Assembly: GCA_963706955.1 (NCBI GenBank)
Contig: CAVPOC010000008.1
Coordinates: 928,001-992,000, forward strand
DNA from: an uncultured Verrucomicrobiae bacterium
Lineage (GTDB): Bacteria; Verrucomicrobiota; Verrucomicrobiia; Chthoniobacterales; Terrimicrobiaceae
DNA: 64,000 nucleotides
Direction: 5' to 3'
The position numbers and the translations under genes are program-made. The notes beneath the pieces are model-generated. The model was not told the DNA's origin, did no database searches, and saw nothing but the letters and a program-made list of their open reading frames with translations. Of this stretch, positions 9,188 through 19,925 are shown piece by piece; the first letter of the stretch is position 1, and each line of letters begins with the position of its first letter.

Positions 9188-11826
9188 ATGAGCGAACCTC
9201 CAACGGGAACGGTCAGCTTTCTTTTCACAGATATTGTCGGAAGCACCCGGCTATGGGAAAAATTTCCGGGCCAGATGGGTGGGGCGCTCGCCCGTCACGA
9301 TTCGTTGATACGTTCTGCCGTGGAAGAGCACGCCGGCTTCGTCTTCAAGACGGTTGGAGACGCGGTCTGCGCAGCCTTCCAATCGCCACGCGATTCGCTC
9401 GAGGCCGCCATCGATTCCCAACGTGCCCTCAGCTCCGAGGATTGGAAGGAAATCGGCGACCTTAAGGTGCGCATGGGCATTCATGCCGGAGCTGCCGAGT
9501 TTCGAGACGGTGACTACTTTGGCAGCACGCTGAGTCGCGTATCGCGCATCGAGGGCGCCGCACATGGTGGCCAAATCCTGCTCTCTCGCATCGCGGTCGA
9601 GCTGCTCGAAGATGAATCCCTTGGAGCGGTTTCCTTCAAGTCGCTCGGTAACTATCGCTTGCGGAACCTCGACCGGCCGGAGCACCTCTACCAAGCGGTC
9701 GTCCCCGGGTCTCGCGGATTCTTTCCTGCCGCCACGCAGCATGGAGGCACTGCCGAACAACCTGCCAGTGCAAACAACCAGTTTTGTGGGGCGCGAAACC
9801 GAATTGAGAGAAGTGAAAGAACTCCTCGCCGAGGCTCGTCTGTTAACCCTGATGGGAATGGGCGGGACAGGCAAGACGCGCCTGGCCATCGAAGCAGGCG
9901 CCGAACTCATCCAAGAGTTTCGCGATGGGGTCTGGCTGGTCGAACTCGCGTTGTTATCCGAGGCCGACCGCGTTCTGGAGGCCGTTGCTGCGGCCGTAGG
10001 TGCGCGGGAAGAGCCCGATCGTCCGTTGCGCTCCACTCTGATCAATTTCCTTCGCAGCAAAACTATTTTGCTCCTGCTGGACAACTGCGAGCATCTTCTT
10101 TCGGCCGCCTCGTCATTGGCGGCGGAACTACTGCGCTCCTGTCCGCGCCTAAAAATTCTCGCCACGAGCCGACACGCCTTAGGTATCGGAGGAGAGGCCA
10201 TCTTCCGCGTGCCACCCCTTCAGGTCCTCGAGGTGGAAGCTGATGATTTTCCCGGCGACGATTTTCCCGAACGTCTTTTCCAATACGAGGCCGTCAAGCT
10301 GTTCGTGGCCCGCGCCAAGGCCGTCCGGCCGGAGTTTAACATCACCAAGGCCAATGCTCGTGCGGTTGCGGAGATCTGCCGCCGACTCGATGGCATCCCG
10401 CTCGCGATCGAGCTTGCCGCCGCACGCGTCAAATTGCTCAGCGTCGAGCAGATCGCGGCACGGCTCGACGATCGTTTCCGTCTGCTGCGCGGTGGCCGGC
10501 GAGATGGTCTTCCCCACCAACAAACACTCGAGGCTTTGATCGACTGGAGCTACGATCTACTCTCCGAAAAGGAACGGATCGCCTTCCGCCGAATGGGAGT
10601 CTTCGCCGGCGGACGCACGCTTGAAGCTCTCGAAACGGTTTGTTCAGGAGATGGAATCGAAGAACTTCGAGATGCTCGACCTCCTCGAACAACTCGTCGA
10701 CAAATCTCTCATCACCGTCGAAGCCGACGAGGCGGGTAACCCGCGCTATACCATGATCGAAACGGTCTGGCACTACTCGCGGGAAAAGCTCGACAAATCC
10801 AGTGAAGCCGCGGCGGTTCGTGACCGCCACTTGGACTACTTTCTTCGCTTTGCTGAAGAGGCCGCGCCTCACCTGGAGGGCCCGGAGCAAAGGGATTGGC
10901 TCGACCGCTGCGAGAGCGATCTCTTTAACTTTCGCTTTGCCGCAGAATGGACCATCAAATCCCGCAAAACAGAGGCGGGTCTGCGTCTGCTGACCGCATT
11001 GTATCGCCTCATCGAAATACGTGGCAATCTCGCCGAGGGCCGCGACATCGGCATGAGCCTCCTGGCGCTGCCGGACTCCGACGTCGCACCCAAGCACAAG
11101 GCAGCCAGCCGCATCGCGTTGGGCCGAATCGCCTGGGCGGCCGATCGCTATAGCGACTCGCGTCGCTTCTACGCGGAGGCACAACAGATTTACGATGCTA
11201 TGGGCGATGAAGCTGGCTCGGCTCTGGCAGACATGCTGACCGGTTTTCTCGATCGCGGCGACGGCAATTTGCAGGAAGCGGAACGGCGTTTCCAGCGGGC
11301 CGTGGACGTTGGTCGCGCGGTTGGCCAGACCTACCTGAAGGCCGGCGGGCTGAGCGGCCTTGGCAGTACCGCTCTGGACCGCGGCGACCTTGTCCGTGCA
11401 CGCGAGCTCAAGGAGAAAAGCCTTGAACTTTACGAACGCCTCGGAGATCGATGGGTTATTGGCCTTATTCTCTGGGGCATCACCACGGTGGCCATCGCCC
11501 AGAAAGACTATTCGCGTGCACGCAGTGCGCTCGATGAGTGGACGCGAATCACCCGGGAGCTCGGTAACCGCTGGATCCTTCCTTATATCTTGGAGTGCGA
11601 GGCGAACCTTGCTCTGGCCCTCGACCAACCCAAACAGGCCGCACGCCTTTTCGGTGCGACCGAAGCCCTCCATGAAAACCTTGGCAGCCAGTTGTTCGCC
11701 GCTGAAATCGTTCGCCAGGAAACATCCTTGGCTACGCTTAAGGAGAGGCTGCCTGATTCTGATTTTCGCGAGGCTTGGGAAGCTGGTCGAGCCGCGTCTC
11801 CCTGGGACCTGATTGACAATTCCTAA
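9188..11826 (+). CDS. Class III adenylate/guanylate cyclase-homology domain fused to STAND ATPase and TPRs (frameshifts ~9710, ~10662)
   Basis: FLFTDIVGSTRLWE, KTVGDA, VRMGIHAG; NNLP.QTTSFVGRE, Walker A GMGGTGKTRLA, LLLDNCEH, RLDGIPLAIELAAAR; TPR-like helical C-terminus. Confidence 0.88.
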
Positions 11827-11884
11827 GAGATGCCAAAGTTCAACTTCGGCACTATGAGAAGTTGTATGGCCGACGTAGACGCGT

Positions 11885-11948
11885 TGCAGAGGCACTTGGC
11901 ACAAGCGCCCAGCTAATCCACAGGCGGCTTGGCACAAGCGCCTCTACA
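11885..11948. repeat. REPIN (inverted REP doublet), family A
   Basis: TGCAGAGGCACTTGGCACAAGCGCCC-spacer-GGCGGCTTGGCACAAGCGCCTCTACA. Confidence 0.82.
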
Positions 11949-11973
11949 ATCCTCAAATTAATCGCGGCGAGCC

Positions 11974-12549
11974 TTACTCGACAAACTCAATCCGATTTGG
12001 GGGAGAGAGGCTCTTAATTCTTGCCAGCGAAAAGACCTCATGTCCGGCGGCGCGAGCCTTTTCGCCACCGCCCTGGAATGCCTTTTCGATGACGATGCCT
12101 ATACCAACGAAGACCGCGGCAGCTTGGCTGATGATGGAAGTTAAGGCGGAGAGAGCTTCGCCGCGTGCGAGAAAGTCATCGATTATCAGGAGTCGGTCAC
12201 TCGAGCCGATGAATTGCTTCGCGACGATCACATCGCTTTGCACCTGCTTAGTGTAAGAATATGCCGGCGCCGAATAGTGATCATCGCCAACCGTCGAGGG
12301 TCTTGCCTTGCGCGCGAAGACGACCGGCACCTGCAACTCAATTCCCGTAGTCACCGCGGCCGCAATACCGGAGGATTCGATCGTGACGATTTTTGTCGCG
12401 CGATGACTTCTAAAGTGTTCAGCAAAGGTCCTGCCGATCTGAACCAACAACTTGGTGTCTAATTGGTGATTCAAAAAGGCATTCACGTTGAGAACGTCTC
12501 CAGGCAAAACATACCCCAGCTCGAGAATCCTCTCCCGCAGCATCTGCAT
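11974..12549 (-). CDS. xpt: Xanthine phosphoribosyltransferase
   Basis: VNAFLNHQLD, KIVTIESSGI, VFARK, PRPP motif LIIDDFLARG, VIEKAFQGG. Confidence 0.9.
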   Translation of the reverse strand: MQMLRERILELGYVLPGDVLNVNAFLNHQLDTKLLVQIGRTFAEHFRSHRATKIVTIESSGIAAAVTTGIELQVPVVFARKARPSTVGDDHYSAPAYSYTKQVQSDVIVAKQFIGSSDRLLIIDDFLARGEALSALTSIISQAAAVFVGIGIVIEKAFQGGGEKARAAGHEVFSLARIKSLSPPNRIEFVE

Positions 12550-12686
12550 GCCACGATTGAACTAAGTCGGTCGCCAAAGAACAAGCTCTAGGAGGTATTT
12601 CGAAGCGTCGGTTTTTGGTTGCAGCGGCGGCGTCCCGACCTCCGACAACCGAACCAGTCTTAAATATCTCGGCGAAATCGACGAAT

Positions 12687-12750
12687 TGTAGGGGCGCTTG
12701 TGTCAAGCGCCCAGCGAAGCCCACAGGCACTTGACACAAGCGTCTCTACA
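12687..12750. repeat. REPIN (inverted REP doublet), family A
   Basis: TGTAGGGGCGCTTGTGTCAAGCGCCC-spacer-GGCACTTGACACAAGCGTCTCTACA. Confidence 0.88.
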
Positions 12751-12860
12751 AATCTTTCGAGTTAACGTTGTGGAACCGCTTATAAGAGTTGCTTTAAGTT
12801 AGCTACCTCGCGCGTGACCTAATCTCAAATGCTTTTCCGCCGATGCGACTTACTTAGCAC

Positions 12861-13937
12861 TCAGTGAATTGTATAGCCGCCATCCACGATCAGATTGGCG
12901 CCTGTGATCATATCGGCGGCATCGCTGGCGAGGAAAAGGGTGGCCGCGGCCACCTCTTCCGGCAAGGCAAAGCGGCGGAGAGGAATTTCCTGTTTCATCA
13001 CTTCCCCCGGCTCTCCAGCCCATGCCACCCGACCCATCTCCGTGAGCACGACGGTTGGAGAGACCGCGTTGACCTGCACGCCGCGAGGTCCCCACTCCAG
13101 CGCCATCACTTGGGTAAGACCGAGAAGGCCATACTTGCTGGTGCAGTAGGCGAGATGATTAGCCAGGGCGACCACGGCTGCCTGCGAGGCGATGTTGACA
13201 ATTTTGCCGTGGCCCTGGTCGAGGAAATAGCGCCCGACCGCCTTCGAGAGGAGGAAGACAGCCTTGAGATTCACCGCCATGGTAAGGTCCCACTTGTCTT
13301 CCGATGTTTCTTCCGCCGCCTCTCGGAAAGCAATCCCGGCATTGTTGACCAAAATGTCCACCGACCCGAAATGTGCGACGATCTCCTCGACAGTGGGCTG
13401 AATGCGAGCAAAGTCGGTCACGTCCAAAATGAAATGATGCGCCCGCTCGCCTAGGAGACTGTTGAAAAACTCACGTATGCCACGTTGCTGCCAATTTTCG
13501 GAAGATCGCAAGGAGCCAAGCGCAGGTCGTAGCCGCAGTGCTACGGACAAGCTTGGCGACACCGCGAGGGCCGAAAATTAGCGCAACCCGGAGGGCGCGA
13601 ACTCTTTGGGGCACCTTGGAAGGGTGAGGGGCCCCTTCCCCTCACGGGCGTCGCTCCTCAGTTACAGCCCCTTGAGGGGATGCTCCTTCGTCGCTTCACC
13701 GATATCTACCCCAAAGAGCTCGCGCGTGACAGGCGTGAGTTCTTCAACAGTCTCCTAGGGCGTGCGCGGTCTCGCGGACTGATTCGCTGCGGCCGAGGAG
13801 TGCCAGCGCGCTCCCTTTGCAGCAAAGAGCTCGGCAATTGCCTTGCCAATACCGGAACCGCCACCAGTGATGATAGCGACCTTATCATTCAACATGAAAT
13901 CCAATCGGCGGCTGGAGGAACTTTCCGTGTCAGTCAT
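12861..13937 (-). pseudogene. SDR polyol dehydrogenase (D-threitol dehydrogenase/GolD-like) interrupted by a MITE; extra frameshift ~13805
   Basis: N-part TGGGSGIG; C-part NNAG, YCTSK, NAVSPTVVLTEMG, VDGGY; removing 13455-13758 restores ...TAHALGERAHHFILDV. Confidence 0.88.
13455..13754. mobile_element. 300-bp non-autonomous MITE with IS5/IS1182-like ends and CTAG target duplication
   Basis: 30-bp TIRs GAGACTGTTGAAAAACTCACGTATGCCACG / GAGACTGTTGAAGAACTCACGCCTGTCACG (26/30); CTAG at 13451-13454 and 13755-13758; no transposase ORF. Confidence 0.92.
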
Positions 13938-14053
13938 AATCTGGAGCTTAGCTTAGGACCATCGGGAACTCGGGAATGCATGCGGAGAACCTTTCTCTCA
14001 GCAGCGAGTCGCAATCAACCTGAAGAGAAGAGCCGGCCTTCCTGAGCAGTGCG

Positions 14054-15149
14054 CTAAGGCTCCAGGGTTACCTTGACCGACGTCAAGCCACTCACTACCA
14101 TATCGATGCCTTTCTGGTAGTCGGTAAGCGGCAGGCGATGGGTCACGATTTCATCCATAGGGAGAAGTCCCTGCTCGATCATGCGAATGGCCACAGGATA
14201 GCAGTAGGGTCCCAGATGCGACCCGTGGACGTTGAGCTCCTTGCTATCGCCGATGATCGTCCAGTCCGCGGTTACCTTCTCGCGCATGACGCTGAACTCA
14301 ACGAACGTGCCGAGCTTGCGAATCATGTTCAAGCCTTGCTCGACAGCTGCCGGATGGCCGGTCGCCTCGATGTAAACGTCGCACCCGTATCCGTCCGTCA
14401 AGTCGCGGACTTTCTCGACGGCATCTTCGGTTCGCGGATTGACGCCGACGTCGGCGCCACATCGCTTGGCCACTTCGATGCGATCATCGCTCAGGTCAAG
14501 GGCGATAATGGAAGCGGCGCCCTTCATCTTCGCCGCCGCAACCATCCCGAGGCCCAACGGCCCGCATCCCGCGATGACAACGGTGTCTTGATATTGGATC
14601 TCCCCCCGCTCGACGGCGTGGATGGAACAGGCGAGCGGTTCAATAAAGACGGCGTGATGGAGCGGGATCGATTTCGGGACCTTGATAATTCAAAGCGCCG
14701 GAGGGAAAGAGCATGTATTCCGCCCATGATCCGAAGGTCCGTTGGCGAAATCCATAGATGTCGTGGACCGCGCACATCCAATATTGTCCGCGCTTGCAGT
14801 ATCGGCATTGGTTGCATGGGACAATTTGCTCACTGATCGCGTGGTCGCCGATTTGAAGCTTGTAAAGCTCGCCGGCTCCTTCGCCCAGAGCGACAACCTC
14901 GCCGACGAACTCATGGCCGGGCGTCACCGGCGGCTGGCAATATCCCGTCCTGTGCTCGTCGCCCCAAAACATCGGGGCTCCAGTGTAGCACTTGATATCA
15001 CTCGCGCAGATGCCTGCGCTCTTGACCTTGATGACAACTTCACCCGGACCGGGTTTCGGGACAGGCAATTCTTGAAGACGGTAATCCGACGGGCCGTGCG
15101 CGACGACCGCAGGCATCGACTTTGGTAATTGTGTTTCGATGGCGCTCAT
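14054..15149 (-). CDS. Zn-dependent alcohol dehydrogenase (erythritol/L-threitol dehydrogenase-like; frameshift ~14684)
   Basis: GICASD, GHEFVG, CNQCRYCKRGQYWMC, GCGPLGLG; next to an SDR polyol dehydrogenase. Confidence 0.85.
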
Positions 15150-15398
15150 ATTCCTTGGTATTCAATTATGATTTCGAGGGAACTGTCGGTCCCGGTCTCC
15201 CCCCACGGGCAGAATTGCGCCGGTGCGCCTTGCTGGCATGTGAACTTGCCGTGATAGAAAGCAACTTCATCAAGGACACGGGCGATTCTGAAGAGATTGT
15301 GACCCAGCCGCGTTCGACCTTTGGGGATTAAGAGCAGATATGGCAAGAAGGTATGACGGTCAAGTGGCAACGCAGTTGTTTTCGACCCAGCCAAGCCC

Positions 15399-16305
15399 TT
15401 AACAGGTCACGATGCGAAGCTGAAGTTCAATCAGGTCATTGACGAGGTGCCCTCCCAAATTCTGGAAGTACTTTCCGGAGCCGTAAAGCACGTTCCAAAA
15501 GGTTCGATCAATCGCCAACGAAGCTTGTGCGGCAGTCTTGCCTTCGGGGGTCATTCCTGCCGTTGCGAGAAATTCCACCGGTAGCGTGACATTCTTGAGT
15601 GTCAGCTCTCCATGCACTTTTAGGTTCGGTGCACCAGGGCTAGCTTGCGGCACTAACTCGGTCGAAGTGATGACGAACCTAGCTCTCGGGATAAACTTCG
15701 ACGTCGAAAAAATCATCACTTTGAAGGTGGGCAATGAGGACGTCGTGGAGTTGATCGCCCGAGAGGTCGTGGCAAACGATCGTGCGCATGTCCAACGTGA
15801 ACTCACCGCTTCGGAGCTCGCCTTGACTAAAATGGAGCTTTCCAGATTTGATGGCGATCTCGCCGTGATGCTTGTTGAGGAGATTGCGTCCGACCCACTC
15901 CACCCGGCTTTCCGTTAGGTCAATTTCGCGCCAGCCCTCGGGCGGCACAGGATTGTCCTGTTTGGTCGCGCCCTCACTCTTCACTTCCAAGCCGGCTGAT
16001 CTCCAGCCGTCGAGGCCCGCGCGCATTTCCAGGACCTCACCGTAGCCGGCGCGGACAAGCTTTTCTGCCGCCATCCGCGCCTCGCAGCTATCAGAGGCCG
16101 CGCCATAGACACAGACGGCAATATCCTTCCTCGGTGCAACATCAATCATGCGCTCTGAGAAGCTCACTTCATAGACGCAATTGTTCTTTGCCCCCGGGAG
16201 ATGCGCAGCCAGATAATCTTCCTCGAGTCGCACATCGATGAGCACGGGCGCCGTGGAAGTATCCATTCTTCGGGCTAGCTCGGGCGGAGAAATCTGTGAA
16301 AGCAT
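15399..16305 (-). CDS. Rhodanese-like domain fused to YceI domain (frameshift ~15686)
   Basis: IDVR..EDY.AAHLPGA and GLDGWRSAG (rhodanese); SRVEWVGR, HLQSDDFFDVE.YP, GELTLKNVT, IDRTFWNV.YGS (YceI). Confidence 0.82.
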
Positions 16306-16431
16306 GCGCAAAAAATAGGCATGGCTACCGTGAGCGTAAAGCGCAGTGAGCGCCGGCCGACTTCACCAGTAAAATAAATCCTTGCCGGCGGCTGGTTTAT
16401 TATCTACGCCTTGGGGCGTACTGTCAGCCGT

Positions 16432-16941
16432 ATGAGTGACGCGAATGTTTCCGCAAATTTCTCACCCGAAGATTGGGCGCTGGTGAGGTCAGCGCCGTTG
16501 ATGGCCGGGTTACTGGTAACTCTTTCAGATCTTCGCACGGGTCCGATTGGCATTGTGAAGGAGGGCTTCGCGCCCTCGCAAGCCATCATCGAAGCTGGTG
16601 AGGGAGCTGCCAATCCGATCGTCGCCTCCATCGTGGCAAGCATCAAAGAGTCGGCCAAGAAGGGCGAGCGTCTTAAACCGCCCTTTGAAGTGAGCGGCAA
16701 GACGCCCGAGCAACTGAAAGCGGACGTGGCCGCTACGCTCAAAAGAATCCCCACAGTTCTTGAGGGTAAAGTCCCTGCAGAACAAGCCGCCGAATTCAAG
16801 CGCTGGCTCGTCACGATTGCCGACAAAGTCGCCAATGCGGGCAAGGAGGGCGGATTTCTTGGCTTTGGAGGCGAAAGGGTCAGCGCGGCGGAGTCAACCG
16901 CCATCCAGGAACTCGCTTCCACTCTGGGTGTCCAGGCTTAG
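16432..16941 (+). CDS. Conserved hypothetical protein
   Basis: Ala-rich helical ORF with VANAGKEGGFLGFGGERVS..E motif typical of a widespread uncharacterised family. Confidence 0.75.
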   Translation: MSDANVSANFSPEDWALVRSAPLMAGLLVTLSDLRTGPIGIVKEGFAPSQAIIEAGEGAANPIVASIVASIKESAKKGERLKPPFEVSGKTPEQLKADVAATLKRIPTVLEGKVPAEQAAEFKRWLVTIADKVANAGKEGGFLGFGGERVSAAESTAIQELASTLGVQA

Positions 16942-17142
16942 GTCGCAACTTCTCACAGGAAACGGGCTGATCTGCCTGTTTGGGAAAACGGAGGCTTACG
17001 GGTGATCGAGCCGTCGGGCTGACCTAAGCGGTTGTCTTTTGTTCGAGTGCCACTACCTTCTCGCGATGATCGGCGGAAGGTGTTCCAAGAGCAGGTCGCT
17101 CGAAGGGGCGACTTCTGAAAGCGTGGTTGCGAGCTAATTCTG

Positions 17143-19020
17143 ATGAGCGAGTTCGAATATCCGAGATCTTATGACGTGATCGTGATCGGCGCAGGCCATG
17201 CCGGGATTGAAGCAGCTATGGCAGCATCCCGCCTCGGTTGTGAGACGCTGATGCTTACCCAGAACGCCGACACTATCGGGCAAATGTCGTGCAATCCGGC
17301 AGTGGGCGGACTCGCCAAAGGCCACATGGTCCGTGAGATCGATGCACTCGGCGGTGCCATGGGAATCAATACTGACGCCACCGGCATCCAATTTCGAATG
17401 CTGAATGCTCGCAAAGGGCCGAGCGTGCGAGCGCCCCGCGCGCAGTGCGACAAGAAGGCATACCAGTTTCGCATGAAGGCAACGCTCGAGAAGCAGCCGC
17501 ATCTCCATCTGAAACAAGGAAATGTCACTCGCCTGCTCGTGAAGGACGACCGAGCCGTCGGCGTGGAAACAAACCTTGGAGTTCGTTTCCGCGCGCGCTC
17601 GATCGTCGTTACCACCGGAACATTCATGCGCGGCTTGCTTCACGTTGGCCTTCGCAATCAAACCGGAGGTCGAATGGGAGATACCGTTTCCACTTTGAGC
17701 GACAGCCTCCGTCAACTCGGCTTCGAGATCGGCCGCTTCAAAACCGGAACCCCTTGCCGACTCCTGGGCAAGAGCATCGATTATTCCCAATGCGAACGGC
17801 AGGATGGAGACGATCCGCCGCCGTTGTTCAGTTTTCTTCCGGACAGCCTTGTCGCCGGAGAGGACGATATTTTCACGCTGAATTCCTGGAAGGGCACCGC
17901 GTTCGAAACACGCCAGATTCCTTGCTGGATTACCCACACGAACTCAGAGACTCACGAACTCATTCGCGCCAATCTCGACAAATCCCCCCTCTTCGCTGGT
18001 GTGATCGAAGGCATCGGCCCGCGCTACTGTCCGAGTATCGAGGATAAGGTGGTAAAATTCGCCGAAAAGTCTTCCCACCAGCTTTTCCTGGAGCCAGAGG
18101 GTCGCCACACCGAGGAGGTTTACGTTAATGGTGTTTCCACCAGTCTTCCGTTTGAGGTTCAGTATCGATTCATTCGCACCGTGCGGGGACTGGAGAACGC
18201 CGAAATCCTGCGACCCGGCTACGCCGTCGAGTACGATTTCTGCCCACCAACTCAACTCCACACGACATTGGAGACAAAGCGGATCGGTGGCCTCTATCTC
18301 GCCGGTCAAATCAATGGGACCTCAGGCTATGAGGAAGCTGCTGCCCAAGGACTCGTCGCCGGGGCGAATGCCGGATTGAAGGCGCTCGGCCGTCCTGCAT
18401 TCACCTTGGCTCGTCATGAAGCCTACATTGGAGTGCTGATCGACGACCTGGTTACCCGCGGCACCCCGGAGCCGTATCGCATGTTCACCAGCCGGGCCGA
18501 ATATCGCTTGCTTCTGCGGCAGGACAACGCTGACTTGCGCCTGACCGGACGCGGAATCGACGCTGGCCTGGTTTGCTCACATCGGCAGGCCCGATACGAA
18601 GAGAAGGTCACCCAGCTCACCCAACTTGCTGCGCTCGCAAGGGAGTTGCGCTTCGACGGCATCTCTCTGGAAAGCTGGCTCAAGCGCCCGGAAAATATTG
18701 CCAGAAATTTGCCGACAGCAATCTATGGCAGATTCTCAGCTGAAATCTGGGAGATCACCGAAACCGATCTGAAATACGCCGGCTACATCCGCCGCGAAGA
18801 GGAACGTATCGCTCGGACCGCCCGCCAGGAAAGCCGGCCAATTCCGGAATGGGTCGACTACTCGCGGATCAGCGGCCTGCGCGTCGAGGCCACCCAAAAA
18901 CTCTCCAAGACGCGGCCCGAAACACTCGGACAAGCCGCGCGCATCAGCGGCGTGACCCCCGCAGACATGGCGCTCCTTGCCGTCTGGCTTGCCCGCGGCG
19001 AACCCAAAACGGTGGGTTAA
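17143..19020 (+). CDS. mnmG: tRNA uridine-5-carboxymethylaminomethyl(34) synthesis enzyme MnmG (GidA)
   Basis: [66 protein letters not shown]. Confidence 0.97.
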   Translation: MSEFEYPRSYDVIVIGAGHAGIEAAMAASRLGCETLMLTQNADTIGQMSCNPAVGGLAKGHMVREIDALGGAMGINTDATGIQFRMLNARKGPSVRAPRAQCDKKAYQFRMKATLEKQPHLHLKQGNVTRLLVKDDRAVGVETNLGVRFRARSIVVTTGTFMRGLLHVGLRNQTGGRMGDTVSTLSDSLRQLGFEIGRFKTGTPCRLLGKSIDYSQCERQDGDDPPPLFSFLPDSLVAGEDDIFTLNSWKGTAFETRQIPCWITHTNSETHELIRANLDKSPLFAGVIEGIGPRYCPSIEDKVVKFAEKSSHQLFLEPEGRHTEEVYVNGVSTSLPFEVQYRFIRTVRGLENAEILRPGYAVEYDFCPPTQLHTTLETKRIGGLYLAGQINGTSGYEEAAAQGLVAGANAGLKALGRPAFTLARHEAYIGVLIDDLVTRGTPEPYRMFTSRAEYRLLLRQDNADLRLTGRGIDAGLVCSHRQARYEEKVTQLTQLAALARELRFDGISLESWLKRPENIARNLPTAIYGRFSAEIWEITETDLKYAGYIRREEERIARTARQESRPIPEWVDYSRISGLRVEATQKLSKTRPETLGQAARISGVTPADMALLAVWLARGEPKTVG

Positions 19021-19044
19021 CGGTTTTCGGGATGGAGTTGCTTC

Positions 19045-19107
19045 TGTAGCGGCGGCGTCCCCGCCGCCGGGGGAAGAACCCTCGGCGATGAGGACATCGC
19101 CGCTACA
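19045..19107. repeat. REPIN, family B (best-preserved copy)
   Basis: TGTAGCGGCGGCGTCCCCGCCGCCG-spacer-CGGCGATGAGGACATCGCCGCTACA between convergent genes. Confidence 0.88.
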
Positions 19108-19131
19108 CCAAGCGGTCGCAAACTCCGAAGG

Positions 19132-19812
19132 TCACGCTGTGAGCCGGCCATCCTCGATGCGGAGCAAGCGATCGCCTCGGCTTGCCAGATGCTGGTCGTG
19201 AGTCACGACAATCAGCGTGCGCTGATCATGGCGGGCGACCTCCAGCAGCAGCTCGATGATCGACTCGCCCGTGTGAGAATCGAGATTCCCCGTCGGTTCG
19301 TCCGCGTAGATAATTGAAGGGTCATTGATCAAAGATCGGGCGATGGCCACACGCTGCTGTTCGCCTCCACTCAGCTCGGAAGGAAGGTGATGCAGGCGAT
19401 CCTTGAGCCCGACGCGTTCGAGAAGATTCGCGGCCTCGGCGTGCCTTGGTTTGCCGCCCATCATCGAAGGCAAGGCCACATTTTCGAGAGCGGTGAGCTC
19501 GGGCAAAAGGAAGTAGGCTTGGAAGACAAAGCCCATCCGGCGATTGCGCAGGCCGGCAAGTCGATCCGAGCTCATGGCATAGATGTCGGCGCCTTCGAAG
19601 CTGACGCGTCCGAATCTGGGGCGTTCCAGACCCGCCAACGTGTAGAGGAGAGTCGTTTTTCCGGCGCCTGAGGCGCCGCACAGGAAAACAACCTCTCCGG
19701 AACGCACTTCGAGGGAGATCCGCTTGAGAACGTCAATGCGCGCTCTGCCGATCTGGAAAGATTGTTCCAGATCGACGGCAGAAAGATGCGGTTGGCCTGT
19801 TTCGTCAGACAT
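19132..19812 (-). CDS. ABC transporter ATP-binding protein (LolD/MacB-like)
   Basis: GASGAGKTT, GFVFQ, LSGGEQQRVAIAR, ADEPTGNLD, VTHD. Confidence 0.92.
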   Translation of the reverse strand: MSDETGQPHLSAVDLEQSFQIGRARIDVLKRISLEVRSGEVVFLCGASGAGKTTLLYTLAGLERPRFGRVSFEGADIYAMSSDRLAGLRNRRMGFVFQAYFLLPELTALENVALPSMMGGKPRHAEAANLLERVGLKDRLHHLPSELSGGEQQRVAIARSLINDPSIIYADEPTGNLDSHTGESIIELLLEVARHDQRTLIVVTHDQHLASRGDRLLRIEDGRLTA

Positions 19813-19925
19813 CACGCCAGATCTGATAGGGAGTTTTCACGCACTTGCCACGTCAACTTGACAACCCGCCACTTTTTTGGAAAACATCGGAGCCAGGGAA
19901 GCATGGCCACACGAGGCGTCTTGGC

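Noticed and set aside
10438..11937. 499-aa minus-strand ORF and similar long antisense ORFs
   Set aside because: Shadow frames of genuine GC-rich genes with no recognisable motifs.
12550..12860. Purine riboswitch upstream of xpt
   Set aside because: No purine aptamer core is recognisable; the hairpins there are REP elements.
13680..14045. ORF reading out of the MITE (..EFFNSLLG..) as a transposase
   Set aside because: Only the TIR-encoded peptide resembles IS termini; there are no DDE motifs and the rest is antisense to the SDR gene.
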